A stretch of 64,000 nucleotides of DNA, from contig JBBQAJ010000001.1 in the NCBI GenBank assembly GCA_038316195.1, positions 27,680 through 91,679 on the forward strand. The letters are read 5' to 3'. The position numbers were made by a program, and so were the translations under genes. This stretch comes from Candidatus Saccharimonadales bacterium. Its GTDB lineage: Bacteria > Patescibacteriota > Saccharimonadia > Saccharimonadales > JBBQAJ01. The notes under the pieces are model-generated. The model did not search any database. It was not told the origin of the DNA and worked only from the letters and a program-made list of their open reading frames with translations. Below are positions 1 through 8,541 of the stretch, in pieces; positions within the stretch are counted from its first letter, which is position 1; each line of letters starts with the position of its first letter.

Positions 1-1282
1 ATTTTTTATTGGCGTAGCCAACTACCTTTAAGAGCGTTTTTTCAGTTAATATTCTTCCAGCAATATCCCGACGTGCTTCTGGTTTTTCTAATTCTTCTAA
101 CATCTTGGGGTCTTGGTATTGAGTTCTAAGCTGCTGCATTCGAGCGTCGAGTTCTTCCGATGATACGTCTAGGCCCTCTGATTCTGCAATTTCTGCCATA
201 ACTAAGCTAGCTTTTATACGTTCAGTTGCTTGTGGTCGTTTTTGTTCTTTATGTTGGGCTTCATCTACGCCTTCTTCTTTTAAATGCTCTTCCCAGGTTT
301 GCCCTCTATATGCCAAATTTTGTCGTTCTTCCTGTTCCATGCGGTCTATTTGATCGTCAACTAAAACCTTTGGCACTTCCAGAGTGCTTTTGTTAGTTAT
401 CTCCTGTATTAATTCGTTTTCATAAAGTCTGTCTGCCTGTTGTTCGCGTTCTATCCCCAATTGTTTTTTGATATCGGCTTTTAGTTCAGAAATATTTTTA
501 AAAGGCCCTATAGTTTTAGCAAAATGATCATCAAATTTTGGAGGTTTTACTTCTTGTACTTTTGTAACGCTCACTTTAAATGTTACATTTTTAGATGCAA
601 GCGCTTTGACTCCATAATCTTTTGGGAATTTCAGAGTAAATGTTTTATCTTGAGTTGCTTTGAGGCCAACCAGGTTTTCTTCAAAACCCGGGATAAAGGC
701 ATTACTTCCAAGTAATAATGGATAGTCCTTTCCGTCAGCTCCGTTTACTGCATTGCCTTTATCATCTTCTCCCATAAAATCTATATATAATTGATCTCCA
801 TTTTTAGCCATTCGATCTACGTCAGACTTAACAGCAGCTCGCTCAAGAAGCGACTTCACCACATCATCTATATCTTTTGCTGTAATTGTAACTTTAGGTT
901 TAGTTTTTTTTACTTTTTTGTAATCACTGAGTTTAATTTCACCTACAATTGGGACATTTGCTTCAAATTCTAACGTAGTAAATGGAACAAACTTCTTGAC
1001 AGCTATTTGTGGTCGATCTACCGGACGAAGCTTGTTTGACTGTAGGGCTTGAGTATAGAGTTGCTCAACTGCTTCTTCTAGGAATTTGCTTTGTAAAGAT
1101 TCTTGATTTACGTGTTTTTCTAATATGTTGCTTGGAACTTTACCTTCTCGAAAGCCCGGCACTTTTATGCTAGTTTTAAAGTGTTCTAGTACGTGCTCTT
1201 TGATGAATTTCAGTTCTTCTGGATTTGCTATTATTGTGATTCCAGCTTCTGTATTAGTTGGGTGATTGATTTTTACTTGCAT
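1..1282 (-). CDS. tig: Trigger factor (stop codon at or just past the window edge)
   Basis: Absent from the ORF track; translated by hand. ATG at 1282 gives MQVKINHPTNTEAGITII...KVPGFREGKVP (ribosome-binding GFRxGxxP motif); the same frame reads ...VGYANKK at position 2. Confidence 0.95.
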   Translation of the reverse strand, partial: MQVKINHPTNTEAGITIIANPEELKFIKEHVLEHFKTSIKVPGFREGKVPSNILEKHVNQESLQSKFLEEAVEQLYTQALQSNKLRPVDRPQIAVKKFVPFTTLEFEANVPIVGEIKLSDYKKVKKTKPKVTITAKDIDDVVKSLLERAAVKSDVDRMAKNGDQLYIDFMGEDDKGNAVNGADGKDYPLLLGSNAFIPGFEENLVGLKATQDKTFTLKFPKDYGVKALASKNVTFKVSVTKVQEVKPPKFDDHFAKTIGPFKNISELKADIKKQLGIEREQQADRLYENELIQEITNKSTLEVPKVLVDDQIDRMEQEERQNLAYRGQTWEEHLKEEGVDEAQHKEQKRPQATERIKASLVMAEIAESEGLDVSSEELDARMQQLRTQYQDPKMLEELEKPEARRDIAGRILTEKTLLKVVGYANKK

Positions 1283-1304
1283 ATAGTCGCGTATTCTAGC
1301 ACTT

Positions 1305-1754
1305 TCAGATGAGAATTGCCAATATAGCTAAAGCGCAACTAGCCCAAACAATTTCTACGACGGATCCTATTGGTTTTTCGAACCACTGTATTCTATTTGC
1401 AAATCGTTCATATAAATTTGGTTTGAAAGATTTGTTTTGACGAATTGCCGAGAATCTTCGGTATGAAACTAGATCCGGTGACGCTGCTAAGAATGCGCAT
1501 ACCGATGGGACTAACCAAAAATTTGGACTACGGAATCGCAAAAACACAACTATAGATACACACAAAACGAATTCAGATATTAAATATTTTTCAAACCAGC
1601 TATTTTTTATATGTGAATTGTCGACGCCGTTTGGTCCAAAATGAGGTATTGCGTCAATTACAAAATGCGACAATAGGGCCACTATAAATGCTAATGGAGT
1701 ACCAACCGTAAATCCAATTATTGCACCGGTAAGCGAATGATTAACTGCAGTCAC
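1305..1754 (-). CDS. Small membrane protein with conserved His/Asp motifs (putative metal-dependent hydrolase, YdjM-like)
   Basis: NHSLTGA...SHFVIDAIPH...SPD motifs and hydrophobic helices; paralog at 51475-51918; 4-nt overlap with the hisS stop. Confidence 0.6.
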   Translation of the reverse strand: MTAVNHSLTGAIIGFTVGTPLAFIVALLSHFVIDAIPHFGPNGVDNSHIKNSWFEKYLISEFVLCVSIVVFLRFRSPNFWLVPSVCAFLAASPDLVSYRRFSAIRQNKSFKPNLYERFANRIQWFEKPIGSVVEIVWASCALAILAILI

Positions 1755-3058
1755 TTTTTACGAAAATCTTTCACTATGCTTGCTATTCGCTCTAGCCCAT
1801 GCTTTTCTTCGCGACCTGTAAGTAGATCTTTTAGCGTAAACTGTTCTGATTCTAGTTCTTGTTCACCTATAAAGAGTGCATATTTAATTTCTTTTTTGTC
1901 AGCTGATTTTAGTTGCTTATCTATTTTTCTGCCGGTAGTATCAACAGCTACATTTATGCCCATTTCTCTTAACGATTTGATAGTTTTTTGAATCTTTTCA
2001 AATACATCACCAACTAATACTACATATAGGTCAGTTTCTGAATTCAAGTCTGGCAGTAAGCCATGTGTTTGCAGGAAATTTCTGAGCGTTATGTCCCCCA
2101 TAGCAAAGCCAGCTGCAGCAATAGACTCAACACCAAACATACTCACTAATCCATCGTAACGACCACCACCAAACATACTGCGATTGTTTTCTGGATCATT
2201 GTCGAACACTTCAAATGATATGTCAGTATAGTATTCAAATCCTCTCATGAGAGTTGGGTCATATACCACGTTTGTAATTCCTGCACTTTCCAGCATATCC
2301 GTAAGTCGCCGTAGTTCCTCAATCGACTTGTTATTCTGTATGGCTTCAGGAATATCATTTATAGATTTGACTTTTAGAAAATCTAGCAGTCGTCCATTTA
2401 CACCCGCATCACGTTGTGATGGGCTGCAAATAGCATCTAATTGACCAACGAAAGCCGGATAATCCATTTTTAGCATACGGTCAATCAACCTGCTTGCTGT
2501 CTGTGCCTGGGTAGCGTCAAACCCTATGTATTCCTGAAGTAAACTATCCATGAATTTACGACTGTTAAGATTGATTGTGTACATATCACGCTTCGCGCCA
2601 TATGCTTGCATTAATTGGTCGGCAATCGTGACTATTTCATAGTCAGCCGGTAAACCATCTACGCCAAAAATATCTACGTTTAATTGGTAGAATTCTCGCC
2701 CCCGGCCCCTCTGAGTCCGTTCATATCGCCAACATTGGGGAATCGAGTACCAGCGAAGGGGATAAGGCGCTTCTTGACGTATAGCTGCTACCATACGGCT
2801 AACAGTTGGTGTCATTTCCGTGCGTAATGTCAGAGCTCTGTCACTTCGGTCTTTAAAAGAGTAGGTCTGATCGTCAATGATTTCTTGGTTACCTTTGTTT
2901 AAGTAAAGTTCTGTTGGTTCCAAGATTGGTGCGTCGTATTCTTCGTAGCCAAATCGCTCGCAAACAGACCTCATGACCTTATAAAGGTATTTCTGTAGTC
3001 TCATGTCTTCGGGGTAAAAATCACGCGCCCCTTTAACTGGTTGTGTACCTAGTGTCAT
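1751..3058 (-). CDS. hisS: Histidyl-tRNA synthetase
   Basis: KGARDFYP, LRTEMTP, WRYERTQRGRGREFYQ, RGFEYYT, GGGRYDGL motifs plus C-terminal anticodon-binding domain; GGAGG SD. Confidence 0.97.
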   Translation of the reverse strand: MTLGTQPVKGARDFYPEDMRLQKYLYKVMRSVCERFGYEEYDAPILEPTELYLNKGNQEIIDDQTYSFKDRSDRALTLRTEMTPTVSRMVAAIRQEAPYPLRWYSIPQCWRYERTQRGRGREFYQLNVDIFGVDGLPADYEIVTIADQLMQAYGAKRDMYTINLNSRKFMDSLLQEYIGFDATQAQTASRLIDRMLKMDYPAFVGQLDAICSPSQRDAGVNGRLLDFLKVKSINDIPEAIQNNKSIEELRRLTDMLESAGITNVVYDPTLMRGFEYYTDISFEVFDNDPENNRSMFGGGRYDGLVSMFGVESIAAAGFAMGDITLRNFLQTHGLLPDLNSETDLYVVLVGDVFEKIQKTIKSLREMGINVAVDTTGRKIDKQLKSADKKEIKYALFIGEQELESEQFTLKDLLTGREEKHGLERIASIVKDFRKK

Positions 3059-3078
3059 AGTTTTCCTCCATTTTACGT

Positions 3079-3462
3079 TTATTCTTCTCCTCTAGCAACT
3101 TCAAAACAAGAATTAGCTCCGGTGTGACAAGTGGGCCCCGTTGGCTCTACATCTAAAAGCAAACTATCGGCGTCACAGTCTGTGTATGCAGCTCTTAGCA
3201 GTAGAAGATTGCCACTTTCTTCCCCCTTAGTCCATAGTCTCTGCTTAGAACGCGACCAAAAGGTCACATTTCTTGTTTGAAATGTAATATCTACCGCGTC
3301 TCGATTTGCCCATCCTTGCATTCTTATGGCAGCCAGTCCGTCAATTGCAATCCTATTTCGGTCAACGACATAAACTGGTAGCAAAAGTTCTGACGAATTT
3401 TGTTTTTCAATCATTCCGTAAACCAATTCGTTAGAAGATGTAACTACTCTAAGCTGATTCAT
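3079..3462 (-). CDS. hisI: Phosphoribosyl-AMP cyclohydrolase (monofunctional, no HisE domain)
   Basis: FWSRSKQRLWTKGEESGN...DCDADSLL...GPTCHTGANSCF signature with the three Zn-binding Cys. Confidence 0.92.
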   Translation of the reverse strand: MNQLRVVTSSNELVYGMIEKQNSSELLLPVYVVDRNRIAIDGLAAIRMQGWANRDAVDITFQTRNVTFWSRSKQRLWTKGEESGNLLLLRAAYTDCDADSLLLDVEPTGPTCHTGANSCFEVARGEE

Positions 3463-4120
3463 ATTTGACCCCCATCGCTGCTCTAGTCTGAACTAAAAGT
3501 TCAGGATATGTCGGCAATAAGCTATCTACAATTACAAATCCGTTTTCTCTCAATGTTTCGCCCGAACACACCAAATCAACTGCCGGCATATTCAAAGTAT
3601 CAGCAATCGCTTCAACCCCACCATCAACGATAACCTTAGCAATTAGCTTACATCCAGCTGTGCTACCTATTGAATTTACATAGTTTGGATATGCCGTTAC
3701 AACGCCAAGATCGCGAGCACCTCTCCTTGCGAGCATCCGAAAATTTTCAATATCCATTTCCTCGCGGGCAATTAAAGCAACTGTTCCTAATTTTTTCTCA
3801 CCAAGCCTTTGCCACCCTATCGTTGGAGTATTGGGTGTATTTTCATACTCTTTGCGCCACTCCGTACCCGTCATCCCAATAGTTTTAGTGTTCGGTTGCG
3901 AATTGCTCAAAGCTCCGAGGATGGCCGGGATATTTCTACCACGAAACCACACGAATGTTCTGTTTGCAGTTTTTATCGTCCTTTTTCGGCCGTTCATTTC
4001 TGGCACCTCACAACCAGTTACGGTCTGAAATGCATCAATAAATGGTTGCTGATACCTATCGGGCATCAATACACGCTCTGAACAAGCCACTGCATCTATT
4101 ATATTTTCTAAATTATTCAC
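3449..4120 (-). CDS. hisG: Divergent ATP phosphoribosyltransferase, short form
   Basis: Colinear HisG motifs: FRGRNIP (~RxxDIP), IGMTG (~LGITG), TAYPN (~TKYPN), DGGVEA (~GSVEL), VDLVCSGETLRENG (PRPP loop); no ACT domain; GTG start with AGGGAG SD; overlaps hisI. Confidence 0.8.
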   Translation of the reverse strand: MNNLENIIDAVACSERVLMPDRYQQPFIDAFQTVTGCEVPEMNGRKRTIKTANRTFVWFRGRNIPAILGALSNSQPNTKTIGMTGTEWRKEYENTPNTPTIGWQRLGEKKLGTVALIAREEMDIENFRMLARRGARDLGVVTAYPNYVNSIGSTAGCKLIAKVIVDGGVEAIADTLNMPAVDLVCSGETLRENGFVIVDSLLPTYPELLVQTRAAMGVKYESA

Positions 4121-4181
4121 TATATATCTCCCTAAATTTTATTAGTTAAAATTCGCCTGAATAAATCAAACGAATATAAAA

Positions 4182-4202
4182 TTGCCCCGACTGCCGGGGT
4201 AA
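4182..4202 (-). terminator. Putative attenuator terminator hairpin in the hisG leader
   Basis: Minus strand ttaCCCCG-gcagt-CGGGGcaa followed by ttttatatt, about 60 nt upstream of the hisG start. Confidence 0.6.
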
Positions 4203-4225
4203 AAATTTTTCAGAATAATAGCAAA

Positions 4226-4282
4226 CTAACCGGCTAGTAGGGGCAGGATATGTAGGTGCAACTGGCTAGACTTAATAATCAT
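4226..4282 (-). CDS. Putative his operon leader peptide MIIKSSQLHLHILPLLAG
   Basis: 18-codon ORF with His9/His11, starting 7 nt after a -10 box; its 3' end is complementary to the downstream terminator. Confidence 0.6.
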   Translation of the reverse strand: MIIKSSQLHLHILPLLAG

Positions 4283-4289
4283 AAGGTAC

Positions 4290-4318
4290 ACTATAACTCC
4301 CTCATCAGTTTATAGCAA
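4290..4318 (-). promoter_or_regulatory. Sigma70-type promoter of the his leader
   Basis: TTGCTA-17 nt-TATAGT on the minus strand, 7 nt before the leader ATG. Confidence 0.65.
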
Positions 4319-4409
4319 TCATGGTGCTAAATACTTTGGTTACAAAAATGTAAATTTTAGCTTATTTTTGAGATCAGAATTGAAATTCCTAATTACAAAT
4401 ATTTTAGTT

Positions 4410-5144
4410 TTATTTCCATTGCCAACTAGCCAATATACTGTCTATGCCGACTTTAGAACCATATTGATCATCATAACGACCACGTATTTCAAATCCACTT
4501 ACAGCAATGTTCTGAATTTTATATTTGTTTCCCGTATAAACAAGGAGGGTTATATTATTGGTTGTGCTAGATACAGTCGTCTTCTTGGTAATTATTTTCT
4601 GGGCGTCATAAGTACCAAGTTTGGTTTGAGTTTCGGAAACGATACTATCTGTGTTGTGCTTTTTCCAATTAGTAATAAGCTCTGATAGAGTCGCCACTTG
4701 CGGGACTACGGGAATATCAACAACAACTGAAGCAACGTTATCTTTGCCATACATGTAAGACGATGTACAGCGATTATCCACACCAACGTCGCCGTGAGGC
4801 GTTGGTAAAGCGAACGAATAGCACAAGGTATCTACGGTATCAGCACTTTTGCTTACAGTAGACTTGTTAACATTGGAATTGACTGAAGGCGTAGCTGGAG
4901 TATTAACAGCAGGTGCTTTGGTGGCTGAAGAATTATTGTTATTTTTGTTTTTCGTGGCGTAGACCCAGCCGGAAATAACCAAAATAATCAAAAGTATTAT
5001 CACTCCTATTAGTATAGGTACTATTTTTGACTTTTTGGGTGTGGGTTGCTGTGGTAACATGGCCGGTGGCGTCTGAACATTTGAAACTGGCTGGGATTCA
5101 ATTGCTGGCTGTTGAATTTGCTCTGGTTGTTGTTCTGGTGGCAT
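4410..5144 (-). CDS. Membrane-anchored surface protein (Pro/Gln-rich N-terminus, one TM helix, possible PsbP-like domain)
   Basis: PQ-rich N-terminus, TM IVPILIGVIILLIILVISGWV, low-complexity linker, C-terminal ...IDSILASWQWK reminiscent of PsbP-like folds. Confidence 0.6.
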   Translation of the reverse strand: MPPEQQPEQIQQPAIESQPVSNVQTPPAMLPQQPTPKKSKIVPILIGVIILLIILVISGWVYATKNKNNNNSSATKAPAVNTPATPSVNSNVNKSTVSKSADTVDTLCYSFALPTPHGDVGVDNRCTSSYMYGKDNVASVVVDIPVVPQVATLSELITNWKKHNTDSIVSETQTKLGTYDAQKIITKKTTVSSTTNNITLLVYTGNKYKIQNIAVSGFEIRGRYDDQYGSKVGIDSILASWQWK

Positions 5145-5165
5145 TATATGTTCCTTTGTTTAATT

Positions 5166-5468
5166 TTATTCTTGTAGATTTTTAATGATAGCATCTGAAG
5201 AATCATGAAACTGTGCTGTTACTTCGTTTATATAGGCAATAGTTCTTTCTTTTCCTGCTTTTGTCGTAAATTCTTCCTTAGCATATGGTACTCCTAACAT
5301 CCTACTTTCCTGAACATTTTGCTCTGTACTTATTTTGCTTACAGTTTTTGTATTGCTGTTATTATCTGCCTGTCGAGATTTTGCCATAATTACTGAAACA
5401 AAAGCAATACCAATGAATAGACAAACCAAAATTAAAGTTCTTTTGTTTTTATTTCGAATTTGTCTCAT
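5166..5468 (-). CDS. Short exported/membrane-anchored hypothetical protein, possibly truncated
   Basis: Basic N-terminus plus hydrophobic helix; 100 aa. Confidence 0.55.
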   Translation of the reverse strand: MRQIRNKNKRTLILVCLFIGIAFVSVIMAKSRQADNNSNTKTVSKISTEQNVQESRMLGVPYAKEEFTTKAGKERTIAYINEVTAQFHDSSDAIIKNLQE

Positions 5469-5486
5469 GCTTATAACTTTCCTTGC

Positions 5487-7052
5487 TTATGGGTTTAAAT
5501 ATACTGCGATTGCACGTCCAAAGTCATCTAGTGCAGATCTTGCGTTTCCGATAGCTGAAAGAGCAAATGATTTGGGGGTAGCTATATTTTTGCAAACGTC
5601 ATTTTTAATTAATTGAACTCCAGTAATTTCGAGTTTTGCCTTGCTGTAAGCCACCTGCACTGCTGCATAATTACCTCCTGGCCTATATGAACTGTTCGCA
5701 AGATGTGTGAATAAATCGAATATTCTGTATTCGTTAGCTACTTCTACTTGCATTGTGTCGCAATAACTAGCTGAAACTGGTGGATTTACAAATGTTGTTG
5801 TGTTGGAGCCACCACTTACGCCATATTTTGCATCTCTCTTACTTTGTGTTTCTGGACCCCATATGCCGTCTACTTTTGCGCCAACAGCAGATTGAAGAGC
5901 TTTTATGCACGCTGTGCCGTCGCTAGGACCAATCTGATTCAATGACTTAGAACACCCTGAAGGTGTTGAATTGCCATTATTGATAGCGACTTTCGCGGCA
6001 GCATCTTCTTGAGCCTTTTTAATAGCAGCGAAGAATGCTTGCTCTTGATCGTTAAATAATGGGGCATTTGGTTCACTAAATGCCCTAATTGCGCCATGGT
6101 TATCCATAAGCCAGCATCTACTTGTAGCTTGTGCAGTAACATATTTGCAAGTCCCATCAACAACCTTTCCAAGACCACTAGCCACAAAAGGCTTTACTGT
6201 TCTTGTTCCAAATCCAGCAAATTCTCCTTTAGCATTCGTAACAGTACCGGAAGGTTTTGACCATTCAACATCGGAAAAGCTTGTGTAGTCGCATCTATCT
6301 TTGTTGTATGGAAAGCCATTAACATATCCTGGGGCATTCGTAGATCCAAAGCCTACGGGCGTAATACCTCCATGACAATCAAGAATCTGTCCTAATTTAC
6401 CATCACTTCTAATAGTAATGTCTCTAGCAATGTCTTGGCCAGCCCAATATGGTCCTTGGCCTATTCTAGGTGCAGCAGGTGCTGTACCGGTACCAATTGC
6501 AAAGGGATGTAGGGCACCAAAGCCGTCTAACACATAGCCACCACCACCACTAAGTACAATCTTTCTAGCTATATCCCATCCATTCCAATATGCGCCTCCT
6601 TTAGCTGCAGGAGCTCCACCAAATGGGTGTATTCCTCCAAAACCATCTAAAACATAACCCTGTGAGTTCGATGTACTCCATTTGGACACTACTATGTCAC
6701 GGGCAATGTCTTGACCTGAGAAGTAAGGTCCACCAGTAGGTTTAGCGGGCTGGGAACCATACGTATGAAAAGGATGGAGTGCCCCATATCCGTCAAGCGT
6801 GAAACCATACGATCCATCTGAAGACATGACCATTCGTCTCGCAATTGAGAAATTCCATGTGGAGTTGTTTTTCGCCTGTAGCTCGTCGCCGACGGCTGCA
6901 AAGCTTTTAAAAATAAGTGTTCCACCAATCAATGCAAATATAATGATAAAAATACTAATTATCTTATTTCTTTGAAACCACCCAATTAAACCAATGCGAG
7001 GATGTTTAATTTTAGGTTTAACGGTCTTTTTAGTTTTTGACTTTCTGGGCAT
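5487..7052 (-). CDS. Surface protein with ~50-aa repeats (probable beta-propeller) and a peptidoglycan-binding-like motif
   Basis: Start moved to MPRKSK (7052) because the track ORF runs into the tRNA. TM helix, repeats DIAR...GYVLDGFG(A/G)(L/I)HPF, and IKALQSAVGAKVDGIWGPET (PG_binding_1-like). Confidence 0.75.
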   Translation of the reverse strand: MPRKSKTKKTVKPKIKHPRIGLIGWFQRNKIISIFIIIFALIGGTLIFKSFAAVGDELQAKNNSTWNFSIARRMVMSSDGSYGFTLDGYGALHPFHTYGSQPAKPTGGPYFSGQDIARDIVVSKWSTSNSQGYVLDGFGGIHPFGGAPAAKGGAYWNGWDIARKIVLSGGGGYVLDGFGALHPFAIGTGTAPAAPRIGQGPYWAGQDIARDITIRSDGKLGQILDCHGGITPVGFGSTNAPGYVNGFPYNKDRCDYTSFSDVEWSKPSGTVTNAKGEFAGFGTRTVKPFVASGLGKVVDGTCKYVTAQATSRCWLMDNHGAIRAFSEPNAPLFNDQEQAFFAAIKKAQEDAAAKVAINNGNSTPSGCSKSLNQIGPSDGTACIKALQSAVGAKVDGIWGPETQSKRDAKYGVSGGSNTTTFVNPPVSASYCDTMQVEVANEYRIFDLFTHLANSSYRPGGNYAAVQVAYSKAKLEITGVQLIKNDVCKNIATPKSFALSAIGNARSALDDFGRAIAVYLNP

Positions 7053-7142
7053 GTTTTTACTTTTATCGTAAATTGATATCTGAGTAAAGCATAAGCCAAT
7101 TTGCCTAAAAGTCAAGTTACTTAAAAAAATGTGGAAAATTTT

Positions 7143-7227
7143 TGGTGCGGATGAAAGGACTTGAACCTTCACGCCTTACGGCACTAGTTCCTAAAACTAG
7201 CGTGTCTACCAATTCCACCACATCCGC
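7143..7227 (-). tRNA. tRNA-Leu(TAG)
   Basis: gcggatgtggtggaattggtagacacgctagtttTAGgaactagtgccgtaaggcgtgaaggttcaagtcctttcatccgcaCCA: long variable arm, T loop, encoded CCA. Confidence 0.97.
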
Positions 7228-7344
7228 GTAGAATTTACCGATGTATTTTACTTCAAATTCGGAATAATATCTATGCCCTTACTTTAGCGTTTACTATTGA
7301 CACGCCAGTACTTATGTTTATGCTTATAGTAAATAGGAATCGAC

Positions 7345-7968
7345 ATGGATCCAAATAGAAGTAAAAGCCCACTCTCCGCAAAAGATTTGTCAAAACAGGA
7401 GTTTTCGCAAGTTGCAGATATACCTAAGGAATATCAAACAGCAAGTGCTACGGTTACAAATTTTAAATTATCTCACTTGTCTAAAAATGCTATTTTCTCA
7501 TATTCATTGGCATTTTTAATGGTTATGGCATTTTTATTTGGCATGACATCCGACTCTCCAGATTTTGTATCACTTATGCAAAACTTTGTGCTGGTTATGG
7601 GTGGATTACTTGCAATAATTTTAGGTATAAATACTGCGAAACAAGTTTCAAGTGGAATAAAATTTCGAGAACAATATGGTGGTAATCTTAATAAATTATT
7701 TGTAGCAGGATTAGCTTTGATAATTTTAAGTTTTTTTACATTAGGAATTAGTCTAATACCAGGGCTAATAATGCTTTATATCGGTAAAAAGAAAATCATA
7801 GATACAAACTCTGTAGGTATCGGCAAACACACTAACTCTTTTCTGAAAGTTGTATATATTTTCTTTGGATTTATAGGTGGAGCACTACCAGCATTAATTA
7901 TTACATCAATTGGGGCTTATATGCTTTGGAGTCATTGGTGCAATATTAGCAGCTCTAAATGTCTTTAG
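7345..7968 (+). CDS. Hypothetical multi-pass membrane protein
   Basis: 207-aa ORF with about four or five hydrophobic segments; TTGACA upstream. Confidence 0.65.
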   Translation: MDPNRSKSPLSAKDLSKQEFSQVADIPKEYQTASATVTNFKLSHLSKNAIFSYSLAFLMVMAFLFGMTSDSPDFVSLMQNFVLVMGGLLAIILGINTAKQVSSGIKFREQYGGNLNKLFVAGLALIILSFFTLGISLIPGLIMLYIGKKKIIDTNSVGIGKHTNSFLKVVYIFFGFIGGALPALIITSIGAYMLWSHWCNISSSKCL

Positions 7969-8516
7969 ATAATAAAATCTTTCATCATTTTATCAAGAAT
8001 TTCTTCAAGTAACTCGTCTATATGTCCACCGTTTACAAATATTCTGTCAGCATATTTTCGACCTAAATTGATCTCACTATCAAATAAAGTCAATCTATTA
8101 CCAACATTGATTCGAACGCCCCTTTTATTTATTGCAGATCGCGCGAACTCATAACTTGCTTCAATTTGATATATTATCGACTTAGGATAATGATATAACA
8201 GTTGAGGCACAAACGGCGCCCTAAGCATTAAAACTGAAATTTTATTAGTTTTATTATTTAGTCTTGGGGTCCCGTATCGATATTTAAGCCCAAAAGGCTG
8301 AACAACTTCTATGAACTTTTCTTGATTTTCTAAATCATCAAATTTTCTTCGAGTTATAAATTCATGTTCTAAATTTTTCTCGCCAATTCTTCTAGGCCGA
8401 TCAGTAAATGTCGGATTAACTATTATTTTATCTTTTTCAAATAGCATTTCCACAATTGTAGATTTACCACAACCAGATGGCCCGATTATTCCTAATACTT
8501 TTTTGTTACTTATCAT
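7965..8516 (-). CDS. Guanylate kinase-like P-loop kinase
   Basis: GPSGCGKST, TFTDRPRRIGE, HEFIT and YRYGTP match the GMK family pattern, with divergence. Confidence 0.75.
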   Translation of the reverse strand: MISNKKVLGIIGPSGCGKSTIVEMLFEKDKIIVNPTFTDRPRRIGEKNLEHEFITRRKFDDLENQEKFIEVVQPFGLKYRYGTPRLNNKTNKISVLMLRAPFVPQLLYHYPKSIIYQIEASYEFARSAINKRGVRINVGNRLTLFDSEINLGRKYADRIFVNGGHIDELLEEILDKMMKDFII

Positions 8517-8541
8517 CAGTCAGTCTATAGTATATCTTGAA

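Noticed and set aside
524-973. Short plus-strand ORFs, and the many similar antisense ORFs across the window
   Set aside because: Shadow frames opposite well-supported genes (here tig); no motifs.
1751-3058. Possibility that this gene is hisZ
   Set aside because: It has intact HisRS catalytic motifs and the C-terminal anticodon-binding domain, which HisZ lacks.
7053-7172. N-terminal 40 aa of the 561-aa track ORF
   Set aside because: Overlaps tRNA-Leu; MPRKSK at 7052 is a more plausible start.
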